The notes under the pieces were generated by a model. That model saw nothing but the letters and a program-made list of their open reading frames with translations, had not been told where the DNA came from and made no database searches. From Veleropilina oligotropha (Eukaryota), in NCBI GenBank assembly GCA_048128005.1, contig JBEUKZ010000054.1, positions 868,001-932,000 of the forward strand: a DNA stretch of 64,000 nucleotides, given 5' to 3'. Shown in pieces: positions 38,577 to 50,854 of the stretch. Both the position numbers and the translations under genes were made by a program. Numbering within the stretch: the stretch's first letter is position 1; the number at the start of each line of letters is the position of its first letter.

Positions 38577-41500
38577 TTATTAGGCCCCGCAGGGAGGCCT
38601 ATAGTGATCACCTTTTCCGTCCGTCCGTCCGACCTGCTCATTCTTTCATTTGCTCAATCTTAAGGTTAAGGTCCCAGGTCAAAGTTTCTCTGCCCAATCT
38701 GCTGATGTAGCAAAGTATAAATAATAGACAATAAATAAATAAAGAAGAGTAGGTACTCAACTACTATTAATAGGCTTTACTTAATGGAATTTGATTCAAA
38801 TTACCTTGGTTAAGGTTCCATTGGGATTAATTATGATTTTTAAATATAAACAACTTTATTGAATGTCGACCACTTGTTTAATTATTATTTTTATTATTTT
38901 TAAATATAAACATAACTTTGGTGAAAGTCGATCACTTGTCTCTCTGTCAGACTTGCTCTAGGCTTGTAGTGTATGCTACAGGCACAGTAAGCAGTGAGAC
39001 TTAAGGTGATAGTTTATGAGGTTATATACTTGTACAGTATATAGCTTCCCTGTTCGGAATATCCAACAGCTTCTTTGATCATGCTATGATGCCGATCAAG
39101 AGTAAACTATCCCATGGTCAGTGAATGTCCCAGGTTAATGTGCCATATGCTCAATCTTAAGGTTAAGATCACAGTAGAGTTTCATTTGCCCAATCTTCTA
39201 ATAAGATCCCAGGTTAACGATTCATTTGCCCAATCTTCTGGTTAAGGTCCCAGGTCAAAGTTTCTACTTGTTTGATTTCTGAAGATTTGCGTTTGGCTCT
39301 GTTTCTCAAAAGTATAAGATCTAGATCAACATAACAATAGATGTTTCATGGGTACTGATGTTAAATGAATGCTTCGGATGCTGAATATTAGTGCTGTATA
39401 TAACATATATTATATAGTACAGGCCTCGAAATTACCTATTAAATTCCGGTCATGACCGGCAACAATACGTGTTTGACCGGCAAAATATATTTGCTATCGG
39501 TCATTGTGACCGACGGCAAAAGAATACATCGCCGGACGCACATGTCTGTAATAGGATTATTTCATTCAAAATCGCCACTGTTGTTATCAAACGCATACAT
39601 TTATTATATGAATATTATATAATATCTGGTTGTGTGTGTGTTTAAACTTATGCTGTACCGTAGCGGTACGCTTAATCACATCACCAAAGTTAAACCTCTT
39701 TATCGAATAAACAATCGCGAATTTCACAGGTGTGGAAATCTCGCAACGTTTACTTCATCGATCGGTGCTTTGCTTACGGAATGCACCGATCTGAATGCGG
39801 GCGAACTAATTTACGAGTTTGACCACTTCACTGTTTATGAATAGTTATTATATATATTGTTATCTTTATTTTGACGATATTATTTAGGAAACCAGTTCAA
39901 ACGTGTATTTTGCGAAATTAATTGAGTAATTGCGTTTACTTTCATACAACTATTTGTCGTCCAAAATATTAATGCGAACTCCCCTCGAAACGTGTTTGCA
40001 AAACGGCGGGTCTTAATAATGACGTTTGGTTTTACGAGCAAAGGGAAAGTGACAGACGGTGTACACCCCGGAGTCTGACCCTAGCAAGAAACGAGACTGG
40101 CGAGTAATAACATTAATAAACGTAAGACACAATATTTTGTTCAGTAGTTTTGTTTTTACTTATAAAGTACATGACAATTGAGTAAATTAGCATCAAAATA
40201 CGAAATTTAATAATATTGGACCGATAAAAAATATTTTAACAACATTTGGACCGGCAGTATGTTCACATTGACCAGCAGTTTTTTTCACTAGCCTGTCCAT
40301 TAACCGGCAGTGTCAAATTTGAATTTCAACCCCTGTAGTACAATGACTTTGTCATCATAGTAATCATTAAATCTGTGTTAAGATTTTGCTTTGTTTCCAT
40401 ATATCTTTTCACTCTAGCATCAGTTCAACTTCAAACTTCACATGTGCAAACCTTATGAGCTGAAAAAAGTGCATACATATTTTTTTTAAATAATAATAAA
40501 TTACAAAAATTATTAAAAAAAAAAATCTTTTTTATATATCAAGAAGTTTCATGATTGATTTTCATCATGTCTCTAGCAGTTATTAGGGCCCCGTTAGGGA
40601 GCCCTATAGTGATCACCTTGTCCGTCCGTCCTTCCGTCCGTCCGTCCGATGCTCATTTGGTTAAGGTTCAGGTTAAACCTTCTGTTAACATAATTTGATA
40701 TGAATGTATGGTAATAAATGAACAAGGGAATGTTCCTAAATGCTGTATTGAGATTAACGAAAGGAATTTCATATGTTTAATTGACATAGGAGAGAAGTTA
40801 GGTTCAAAAATCTTGGTTAAGCCGTTTGGTTAAAAGTTCTATTTGGTATTAATGGTTCACTTTTTCCGTATAGTTTGCTTGATAAAGGCACTTTTTTGTC
40901 GCAGGCTTCTTTGAATATTATTATTATGGATAATTCCAGAAACTGGAGTGTTGATATCGAACGAATTTATTAGAAATTTTCATGGTTAAGGTACCAGGTT
41001 AAAGGTTCAACTTGAAGCATTTTTGAAAGTTTTATGGTCAGGTTTGATTTTTTAACAAAGTTAAATGCTTGGTTATCATTTCAAGGAGCACTTTTATTAA
41101 AGGTATTTGCAACTGTTACCAAATGAATTTTTTTTTTTTAACTTTTAACAGTAAATTTAAAATAAAATAGTTTGGTTAAGGTACCAGGTTAAGGGTTCTC
41201 ATTGAATCATTTTTGAAAGTTTTTTAGCAGTTTTTACAATGCTAAATGATTGAATATCATTTCAAGGAGCAGTTTTATTACAGGTAATTGTAATTGTTAC
41301 CAATTGGATTCATTTTTTAAAATTCTATTGGGAAATTTAAAAGAAAATAGTGTGGTTAAGATTCCAAGTTTTAGTTTCTAAGCATTTTTGAAAGTTTTAT
41401 GGCCATGTTTGATATTCTAACAGACTTAAATGTTTGTAATGCATGGTAGCTGTAAATGTTATCTAATGGATACATTGAAATTTTACATTTCAAATTTTAA

Positions 41501-43112
41501 ATTTATTTTTAAATTTAATTTTAAATTTTAAATTTAATTGTAAATTTAATTGAAAAGAAAATCGTTATTGATCTTCAATGTCTATCTGTTTCGGTCATTT
41601 GTCTCTCTGTCAGACTTGCTCTAGGCTTGTAGTTGTTACTACAGGTACAGTAAGCCGTGAGACTTTAGGTGACAGGTTGTGGGGCTATATATATTTAATA
41701 TCATAGCTTCCCTGTTGGCAGTAGCCAATGGGTTCTTGATCATACTAGTATCAAGAGCAAGCTGTATCCCATGGCCAATACAAGCTTCATAAAATGGTCA
41801 ATGTGTGTGGAATCATAAATGTTATTAGGGCCCCGTCAGTGTCCGAGCTCTATAGTGATCACCTTTTCCATACGTCCGTCGCTCATTTACTTAAGGTCCA
41901 GGAACCAAGGTTAAACATTCTGTAAACATAATTAAAGCTCCGTCAGGGAGCCCTGTAGGGATCACTTTTTTCGTCCGTTGCATATTTGGTTAAGGTCCAG
42001 GTTAAAAACCTTTTGTTAACATAATTTGATATGAATGTATGGCAATAAATGAACAAGGAAATGTTCCTACATGCTGTATTGAGATTAGCGAAAGGACTTT
42101 CACATGTTTAATTGGCATAGGAGATAATTTAGCTGCAAAAATCTTAGTTAATATGCTGTTTGTAAATTTCACATGTTTAATCGACATAGGAGAGAATTTA
42201 GCATAACAAATCTTGGATAAGTTGTTTGGTTTTGGTTAAACGTTCTATTTGGTATTAATAATTCACTATTTTCATATACTTTGCCTGATAAAGTCACTTT
42301 TTTGTCAATGGCTTGTTTGAATATCACTATTATAGATCATTACAGAAACTGTAATGTTGATATTGAAGAAATTTAATAGAAATATTCATGGTTAAGGTAC
42401 CAGGTTAAAGGTTCTACTTGAAGCATTTTTTTAAGGTTTATGACCAGCTTTGATGTTTTGACAAAGTTAAATGCTTGGATATTATTTCAAGGAGCATTTG
42501 TATTAAACGTATTTGTAAATGCTATCAATTGGATCAAATTTTTTTAATTTTATCCGCCACGCTTTTGTTCATGATTCAGGTTAGAGTTTCTTCAAACATA
42601 CATTGGCCGATTCGACGACCGTGTGCTATCGGTTGTGGACTACCAAAAATCTCCGACTTGATTCCAATGACATGAACATTAGTGGGTCGAATTCTGGTTC
42701 GGGCATGACATTAGGTTCAGTTATGAATCACAGTTGTCCGTAACTGGTCGGAGAGGGCGAGTTTTCCTGGGCAACCAGGCTTTCCTAATGTCCTCCAGCG
42801 ATAATATGGACATGTACTGGTTTCATATGATTTATTATTTTGTTTCTGTCTGTCTCTGACTACAGGTACATCAAGGTGAGAGAGGTAACAGTTTGTGACA
42901 CAATATCATCATGTATAGCTTTTATGTTGGAAATATTCAGTGCATAATGATTTTGGAGTATCAACAGCATAAGCTTCATCAAATGGTCAATGTAAATTTA
43001 TCTTCTATTTTTGCATATATAGCAATTATTGCTCACATGTGAATGTTTATCGAGGTATATTGGTGGAGCGGGGCCCACTGTGATGGTACCCCATCACTTG
43101 TTATCTAGTTAT
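38577..43112 (+). mobile_element. Cluster of HINE-like elements with several repeated 5' heads and one 3' end
   Basis: TTATTAGG(G)CCCCG..GGGAG.CCTATAGTGATCACC..(GTCC)n heads at ~38577, 40582 and 41822 (degenerate at ~41932); shared GGTTAAGGT(A/C)CCAGGTTAA repeats; 3' GCGGGGCCC plus hairpin GTGATGG..CCATCAC plus CTAGTT at ~43068-43110. Confidence 0.6.
39420..40335. mobile_element. Non-autonomous CAGG...CCTG element with 5-bp TSD (hAT5-like)
   Basis: TAGTA at 39415-39419 and 40336-40340; TIR CAGGCCTCGAAATT / AATTTCAACCCCTG; subterminal GACCGGCA repeats. Confidence 0.78.
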
Positions 43113-43729
43113 TATTATAACAGACAGAGCGCGAGCGAGGATGTTATTGCCGAAGAGTGGCAGCTGTAAAATCTGTTATAACACCGTGGAAATCTATTGT
43201 ACATTGCAAGATTTTACCCTTAAAAAATTCAATTGGTCAACATAACGCACTCATGGGGTGATATGAGAAATTGCTTCTTCCATTGGCAAGTTGTCAAATC
43301 CTTTGTCACTCAATTTAATCTTGCCAGCGAGCCAAGTTAACCATTGTCTGGATTGTTAATTGGAACAATGGGGTATTAACAATAGGAGGCCTATTGTTCA
43401 GATAACTACCCCATATAATTAATACGGTAACCGTACCATGTGTGGACATGTACTATTTCAGGTTCCAACTGCATTAAAATTCATATACATCAATCAGAAT
43501 TATCCATATTATTATTATATAATATTATTAGTTTTTTCTGAGGGAATCCAATCTATGTGGCCACTTTAAAAAAAATGGGCATTGACCATTGTTGGTTATT
43601 GGGACTTGATAATCCATTCCATTACATGTCTAATCTTATATTTTATATGATATCACCCGCTTGTATTGTTAGTTATCTCAAATAACAGCTGATACAGAAA
43701 AAAAATCCATTATTATGCAAATAGCATGA

Positions 43730-45023
43730 TTTTTGGCCCGCCTTCTAAAGGCAGGGCTATAGCCGTGTACTGGCGTCCGTCGTCCGTCGTCTGTCGTCCG
43801 TCGTCCGTCGTCTGTCGTCCGTCGTCTGTCGTCCGTCGTCCGTCGCCTGATGCTTTCTGTCACATAGAAGACGAACCTACACCTTTCATATTGGGTATGC
43901 ACCTTGTATACCATCAGGCCTAGCACAAGTTCAAAGATGGGGTGGCTGGGTCAAAGGTCAAGGTCATTTTCGTGTATTTCCGTTCTGGCACTTCGAAGAT
44001 TGCTTTCTGTCACATAGAAGACGAACCGCTGGACCTACACCTTTCATATTGGGTATGCACCTTGTATACCATCAGGCCTAGCCCAAGTTCAAAGATGGGG
44101 TCGCTGGGTCAAAGGTCAAGGTCATTTTCGTGTATTTCCGTTCTGGCACTTCGAAGATTGCTTTCTGTCACATAGAAGACGAACCTACACCTTTCATATT
44201 GGGTATGCACCTTGTATACCATCAGGCCTAGCACAAGTTCAAAGATGGGGTCGCTGGGTCAAAGGTCAAGGTCATTTTCGTGTATTTCCGTTCTGGCACT
44301 TCGAAGATTGCTTTCTGTCACATAGAAGACGAACCGCTGGACCTACACCTTTCATATTGGGTATGCACCTTGTATACCATCAGGCCTAGCCCAAGTTCAA
44401 AGATGGGGTCGCTGGGTCAAAGGTCAAGGTCATTTTCGTGTATTTCCGTTCTGGCACTTCGAAGATTGCTTTCTGTCACATAGAAGACGAACCGCTGGAC
44501 CTACACCTTTCATATTGGGTATGCACCTTGTATACCATCAGGCCTAGCCCAAGTTCAAAGATGGGGTCGCTGGGTCAAAGGTCAAGGTCATTTTCGTGTA
44601 TTTCCGTTCTGGCACTTCGAAGATTGCTTTCTGTCACATAGAAGACGAACCGCTGGACCTACACCTTTCATATTGGGTATGCACCTTGTATACCATCAGG
44701 CCTAGCCCAAGTTCAAAGATGGGGTCGCTGGGTCAAAGGTCAAGGTCATTTTCGTGTATTTCCGTTCTGGCACTTCGAAGATTGCTTTCTGTCACATAGA
44801 AGACGAACCGCTGGACCTACAGCTTTCATCTTGGGTATGCACCTTGTATACCATCAGGCCTTGGTTAAGTTCAAAAATGGAGTCTCTGGGTCAAAGGTCA
44901 AGGTCATTTTCGTGTATTTCCGTTCCAGATGGCACTTTGAAGATATAGAGTTATTGATTATTTTCCTCTCTATGGATTTATATATCCAAAAGGCGGGCCT
45001 GTATGAGGATCGTACCTCTAGTT
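43730..45023 (+). mobile_element. HINE/DINE-1-like element with about 7 internal ~158-bp tandem units
   Basis: T-run, subTIR GGCCCGCCTT ... AAGGCGGGCC, CGTC-type microsatellite, 3' hairpin GAGG..CCTC and CTAGTT end; 158-bp period seen in the repeated ORFs. Confidence 0.75.
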
Positions 45024-45083
45024 ATATTTCTATTAGAAAACAAATCGCTATCCTTTCATCCCCTTAGCATCTTTACTCTATAG

Positions 45084-45350
45084 GGGTCAATGTGAGCACA
45101 CCAACAGATGGCACCACCAGTGGTATTGGCGGCCCCTGTCCTTCGGGGCACTACTGTCCCCTACAAACTGAAGATCCCGTTACATGTCCTAACGGAACCT
45201 ACCGTGACGTCGTTCAGGCTGAGAGCCTGACAGACTGCTTCGCTTGCAAACTCGGAACATATTGCGGTTCATTGGGAATGAGCGATTCGACAGGACCATG
45301 TGACCCAGGCTTCTTCTGTCTTCGTGGAAACAATGCACCGAATCCTACAG
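45084..45350 (+). CDS. Cys-rich repeat protein, exon f
   Basis: CTATAG|GG ... G|GTAACG. Confidence 0.88.
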
Positions 45351-45854
45351 GTAACGTTTTCTGCCACACTTGTTAAACAAGTAAACTAATTTTCATGTTA
45401 ATTTGGCATCGAGTTTTCAACTATGCTTTAATTTAAGGAGGTATATTGCCGCTGCATTCATCTAATACTAGTACTTACTGTTGGGCTCTTTTTCAGTCCC
45501 TGTCCATGTGATACGCATTCAGGTCAACTGGGTCATCCTATGCATATTATGCATTGCTTATAATATTTCCTTGCCAAAACAAAATTGGTGGGAACCGGGT
45601 CGGATCAAACCACAGACCTTTGCATCCAAAGTGCAGTGTGTTGTACCACTAACCGTAATCCACATAAATTTAAATTAAGTTTGGAGGATTATTATGTTTT
45701 GTTATCTGAGTGTATTTCTCTGTCACTGTTAAGCTAATTTTAAATATTTCTGATATACAAATACTGATGAATAGCTTATCAGATGGCATGGCTTAATAAA
45801 GTTTCATAGAAAATCAATTTGTTTTAGAACAGACCCTGTGATTTTCATTTTCAG

Positions 45855-46211
45855 GCGAGGATTTAGCTGTTGGTGGACCATGTCCAGTTGGTCACTATTG
45901 TCCACAGGGGACGTCATCCCCTCTCGGCTGCCCGGTCGGCATGTACAACAATCAGACCGGTCAGTCGATCTGCATCCAGTGTCCAAGTTCGTACTTCTGT
46001 CCAGGAACCGTGATCACGTATGAAGACTTTCCCTGCCCTACTGGCCACTACTGCCCAAATGGCACGGAATATAACGACCAATACCCATGTCCGAGAGGTC
46101 ACTACAGGAACGCCATGCAGGGCCAGTCTGTCTCCGACTGCACCACGTGCACGCCGGGGGAATACTGCGATCCTGCTGGTCGGACTCTCCCAACTGATTT
46201 ATGCAGTGAAG
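45855..46211 (+). CDS. Cys-rich repeat protein, exon g
   Basis: TTTCAG|GC ... G|GTATGC. Confidence 0.88.
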
Positions 46212-46596
46212 GTATGCATTAGACAGTCATATAGATCAAAATCCACAAGCTGTGATTGTTGTTGTACTATAAAACATTTAAGGTAATGTATTGTAAAGAA
46301 CGTGATAAAGTTGATTTTAAGTTTGTTGTTCTTAAATGCTTCACATTTTTTTGGTATATGCTGCTTGCCGGATGATACCAGTATTGGTCTTTTGGTATAT
46401 GCTGCTTGCCGGATGATACCGGTATTGGTCTTACAGGGACCTCTGCTCTCGTATTCAAACATTTTATTAAAGCTTTATCTTATATTAATGAATTGATATC
46501 TTATCTTTGTGATCATCAATGACATAAAGAAGCGTCTCTATCGTTTCTATCATTTGTAGTGATTTGTATCTCTTAGCTTTTCTATTTTTTGTGCAG

Positions 46597-46776
46597 GTTA
46601 TTTCTGTGTGAATGGTGCATATGACAGTCAGCCGAACGACTACAACAACTACACTGCCGGTGCCTGCCTATGTCCGAGTTCAGCCACTGGCGGTCAGTGC
46701 CAGCCCGGATACTACTGTCCAAGAGGGTCCAGCCAGCCTGTGGCCTGCGATGAGGGCCACTACTGTGAAACACCTG
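46597..46776 (+). CDS. Cys-rich repeat protein, exon h
   Basis: GTGCAG|GT ... G|GTATGA. Confidence 0.88.
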
Positions 46777-46960
46777 GTATGATTGTAAAATTTAACGTAG
46801 TGAAACTGTACCATGCACGAGACACCTGGTGCCTATTCGTTGATTTGTATCAAGTATATACTAGCATAACAACAAAAATATTGAAATACGTTGGCATTGT
46901 AATCCATGTCTGTAAACATTGTATTGCAATGTAACTTACTGAAATATATAATTTCTCCAG

Positions 46961-47077
46961 GACTTGCTCTGCCGACTGGTCAATGTAAGGAAGGATACTA
47001 CTGTAACCGAGGAGCACTGCGGAACGACCCAACTGACGGCATCACAGGAGACGTGTGCCCCGCAGGAAGATATTGCG
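46961..47077 (+). CDS. Cys-rich repeat protein, exon i
   Basis: CTCCAG|GA ... G|GTAAGA. Confidence 0.88.
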
Positions 47078-48604
47078 GTAAGATGTGATCGCGGTTGCAT
47101 AAATATTTTGAAGATGATAAGTCTGTAGCTATATATATATATTGTGTGTGCACATTCATTACAATTTTACAGCATATTGTCTTTAAAAAATACTATTAGC
47201 ATAACTGATTATGAGGCGGCATTAATGTACAGTGGACCATGAAGCCCTCTCCATTGCACACAGTGTCAATGCATTCATCATTCAAAGCTGATGGACTCTA
47301 TTTTTGACTAATAATTGTTGGTGTGGTCATTAGTCATATATTCACCCAAATCTAACTTCTTTGAGTATAAAGGATTAATCAACTAGGTCTGTCCACTACA
47401 GTCCCTGATCCATACTTTTGATGGTCTGAAAAATCTTTACCATTTTAGAAAAAGTTTCAAGTAATTAAGTGATAGATATTCAACCAATTAATGTCTTTGA
47501 ACAATAAATAATATATTTCAATATACTGACTTCAAAACATGATCATGGTGTTATGGTCCATATTTCGTATGATTGTATGTTTAATGTCAGCAGTTATTAA
47601 ATTACTATATATATAGTTACAAACATACTTACGTCCTTACTCTTGCCATAATAGTTATATTATCGCCAAACCGGAAATAGTGAATATGTCCCATAATGCA
47701 CTCTTAATAAGTCAAAAACGTACACGGTTACCTCCCCTGCTCCTACCCCATCACGTTCCTAGCGAGACTTCGCCAAGTCTCGCGAGACTTCTGAACAATA
47801 GAAGTCACAAGACCTCAATTCAAAGTTTTCCGCTGTCGCGGAAAGACGTTGTTTTGCTCCGCAAATATTTCGATATAGGCGCCCGATTTCACGTTAAATC
47901 TGGGCGCAGTTTCTGCTTATATAGCATATAAGTAGTGGAATATAACCCTGTGTTGTGGATACAAAGCACATGTGAATATAGAAGAGTGATTCTCAAAACT
48001 TCAAAGAAAGTTCTGGACATCAAAGGAAACCGACATCGTCGTCAAGGACGCCGTGGCCGTTAAAGATGGCCGCTTAGAGGGAAAGTTTCGAGTGTAGCTG
48101 AAATTTCTGGTCGGTATAATTATCTGATATTGTTTGAGACTGCAAACAGGTAACTCATTATATTGGATAATTCCTTAACAACGCTATTTGCTGGTTATTT
48201 ATTATATAAAAATTTTCTAGCGTTGTTAAAAGGCAGGATCTTTTGATATTAAGCTTGCATTAATTTTCTGATATCCTGCCGTTGCTGGGATAATACGCCA
48301 TTGTACTAACATAAAACATCCACGAGGTTTTCAGGTGTTTTTCTGGGCGGGTTTTTCCGAGGAAAGAACCTCCTTTTGTTTTAGTCAATTTGCCGGGTTA
48401 CCGGGTCGGTCGGGTAAAATACCCGACCTCGGTGTTCCCAGTTCGGGGTTTTACTAACGGTATATCGCTTGATCTCTAATCTTCAGATCAGGACAATTCT
48501 GTGAGTTGTCGTAGTACTCCCTCCAAGGAAAGAAGTCTCAACTACCATATATATACCTATTTACTACCCCGTCTACCCACGTCCACCCTCCCGTGTATTT
48601 AGCT

Positions 48605-50854
48605 ATGGTCCGGTGCAGTAGCTCCGGGTGTAACCAGAAAATTCACGCATTTGATAGGCACAAGGAATGTTGTACTCACCGTAGCTGTAGTATACATCAT
48701 CAATGTGATCTGTGCTTTCTTCTATCAGATAAGCAGTGGGCCACCCTGTCTCACCACGGTAAGTCGACCAGGGCGACTGCCACGGTGGGTCCTCCCCCGG
48801 AGAAGGGTCAGGAAGAGACCGGTAAGTTACCTAACGTTTCTTCTTTGTCTGCTTCAGGGACGCTGGACGACAGCCGACACAAGGGGACGTCTGTCGCCGG
48901 ATCCACCGGCGAAACCTCCGCGACTCTTGGGGGAGTCACCGAAACCTTGCCGGTACCCCAGATTCAGGTAAAGACCCGAGTGTCGACCGATCCTCCAAAA
49001 CCGGGCCTAGTAGCTGCAGTCAGCCATACCTTGCCGGCTAGCAAGGTATACATGACAGCGCAGCGAACAGCTGTACAGGGCAGACCATCCCCATCCTTTT
49101 CTTCGGCCTCGAAGAATAAGGGGACAGTTAGTCCTTCTGCGGTACACTCTCCGTCTAGCGACGGTGAAAGAACCAATGCAGAGAAAGCCTTTAAAGAGGC
49201 CGAGCACCTACTTGTAGGTCGAAGACTCGGACAATCGGCGAAACCTGAATCCTCGCTCGAGACCGATGCGACTTCCCCTAGGGGTTTTCCGCTCAACCTC
49301 GAGGCTCACGAGACGTTCAGAGGGCCCGGTCTCTCCCGTGCACCCTACGTGGTCACGCTAGAGGACGTGGACAGACCGGCTGCGTTCGGGACGGGGTTCT
49401 ACGGCGGTTTTCCGTCCGTGCCTCGCTCGAACAGAGTGGTAGACCGATCAGAACTGTTGCCGCAGTCCTATCGGTCGTCCGGCCCACTGACTGCGCCTCC
49501 GGGCCAGTCCTTCGGGTTCGACCCCTCGACAAGTGCCCGTGGACCCTGGTCCTCGGTACCACCTGTCCGTGCAGCCCGTCTACCTAGCGCCACGGTTACC
49601 TCGACAGAACTACCGGCTGTTAGTTCGTCGCCCGTCCTGCCTCCGGGTTTCTCTTTTGAGAACGTCCAGGCATGGATCGCGGCGGGGATCGAGGAACAGT
49701 GTAAGGCCTGGCCGACGGCTCCCGAGCCGCACCTGGTACCTACACTTCTGCCCATGGCGCAGAGCACGGCTCCTGCCTCAGTGATAGACATCGACCCTCG
49801 TTCCGACGAGGATCTCTGTTCAAATCACACCGACCTCCCTGAATCGGTCGGGCCCGAAGACATTAGTCTTACAGGCACGCAGGAGCCGACCTCCTCCACC
49901 CGCCGAAGGCTCGACGCCGTTGCGTCACTTCGCGGGGTGCTTGGCTTGTCGGAACCGACTCGGTCGGCTGTAGACGTAGCCAAGCATAGGACGGCAGCAC
50001 ATCGGTTTGTTGCGAGGGAAGCCCCCGAGCTCCCCTCCTTACCTCAGTCCGGGCTGGTGGATCTTGTTGTAGACTCGATCACCAAGCTCGTTCAGGGGCG
50101 CAATCCGGTGGAGTCCTCCCCGCTGAACGAGTTCCCTTCGGGGTTCCGTAGTGGGAGGTACCTCCGGGCCAGTACTCGAGCGATCTCGTTCGAATGCACT
50201 GGCCCGTGCCTGGTGACTGAGCCGGCTCGTGTTGACGCTTCGCTGCGTCGACTGACCGCCAGTCACACTCCCTCCGTAGCGAAAGTTCCTTGGTCCGCCT
50301 TGGAAGCTTTCGAGAGCGCCGCCCGACGGGCTCTACGGCTATCGTCTGTTCAGGACTTCTTCTTGGACGGCGCGATAGCCGTACTACAGGAGAATGGACC
50401 CGGCGCCACCGAGGCTGCCCTGTCCTTCCTCCAGGAGGTTGCTGCCGCGCAGGAGACCAGCGCGTTGGAGACGGGACGTGTCCTGGGCAATGCCCTCCTA
50501 CTTCGTAGGGATGCTTGCCTGGAAGGTACCTCGCTGGACGAGCCCACCCGGCGCTCGTTGCGATGCGTACCTTGCTCGGCCACCACTCTCTTTGGTGACA
50601 ACTTCACGGAGTTTGTTGACAAGAGAGCGGCGGACATGAAGGACCGTGCCATCGAGAAGGCAGTACTGCTCCCCACCCGGGGTCCACCTGCCAACTCGAA
50701 GAAGCGCTCCGGGCCCACCCCGGCCCCGAAGCCTTCTAAGCGTGCGAAGCCCTCTTCGGGTGGTAGGCCTCCGGCCAATAAACCCACTCCAAAGAGGCAA
50801 GCACCTCCAGCGAAATCCCGCAAGCAGAGCGGGAGAGGGAAGCCTCGGCCCTAG
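48605..50854 (+). CDS. DIRS Gag-like ORF1
   Basis: ATG 48605; N-terminal Cys/His cluster (CSSSGC..DRHKEC..H..C..CDLC); LLRRDACL..LFG motif; basic C-terminus. Confidence 0.85.
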   Translation: MVRCSSSGCNQKIHAFDRHKECCTHRSCSIHHQCDLCFLLSDKQWATLSHHGKSTRATATVGPPPEKGQEETGKLPNVSSLSASGTLDDSRHKGTSVAGSTGETSATLGGVTETLPVPQIQVKTRVSTDPPKPGLVAAVSHTLPASKVYMTAQRTAVQGRPSPSFSSASKNKGTVSPSAVHSPSSDGERTNAEKAFKEAEHLLVGRRLGQSAKPESSLETDATSPRGFPLNLEAHETFRGPGLSRAPYVVTLEDVDRPAAFGTGFYGGFPSVPRSNRVVDRSELLPQSYRSSGPLTAPPGQSFGFDPSTSARGPWSSVPPVRAARLPSATVTSTELPAVSSSPVLPPGFSFENVQAWIAAGIEEQCKAWPTAPEPHLVPTLLPMAQSTAPASVIDIDPRSDEDLCSNHTDLPESVGPEDISLTGTQEPTSSTRRRLDAVASLRGVLGLSEPTRSAVDVAKHRTAAHRFVAREAPELPSLPQSGLVDLVVDSITKLVQGRNPVESSPLNEFPSGFRSGRYLRASTRAISFECTGPCLVTEPARVDASLRRLTASHTPSVAKVPWSALEAFESAARRALRLSSVQDFFLDGAIAVLQENGPGATEAALSFLQEVAAAQETSALETGRVLGNALLLRRDACLEGTSLDEPTRRSLRCVPCSATTLFGDNFTEFVDKRAADMKDRAIEKAVLLPTRGPPANSKKRSGPTPAPKPSKRAKPSSGGRPPANKPTPKRQAPPAKSRKQSGRGKPRP

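Noticed and set aside
47680..47931. Near-identical ORFs at 47680 (+) and 54770-54973 (-)
   Set aside because: By-product of the DIRS inverted terminal repeats.
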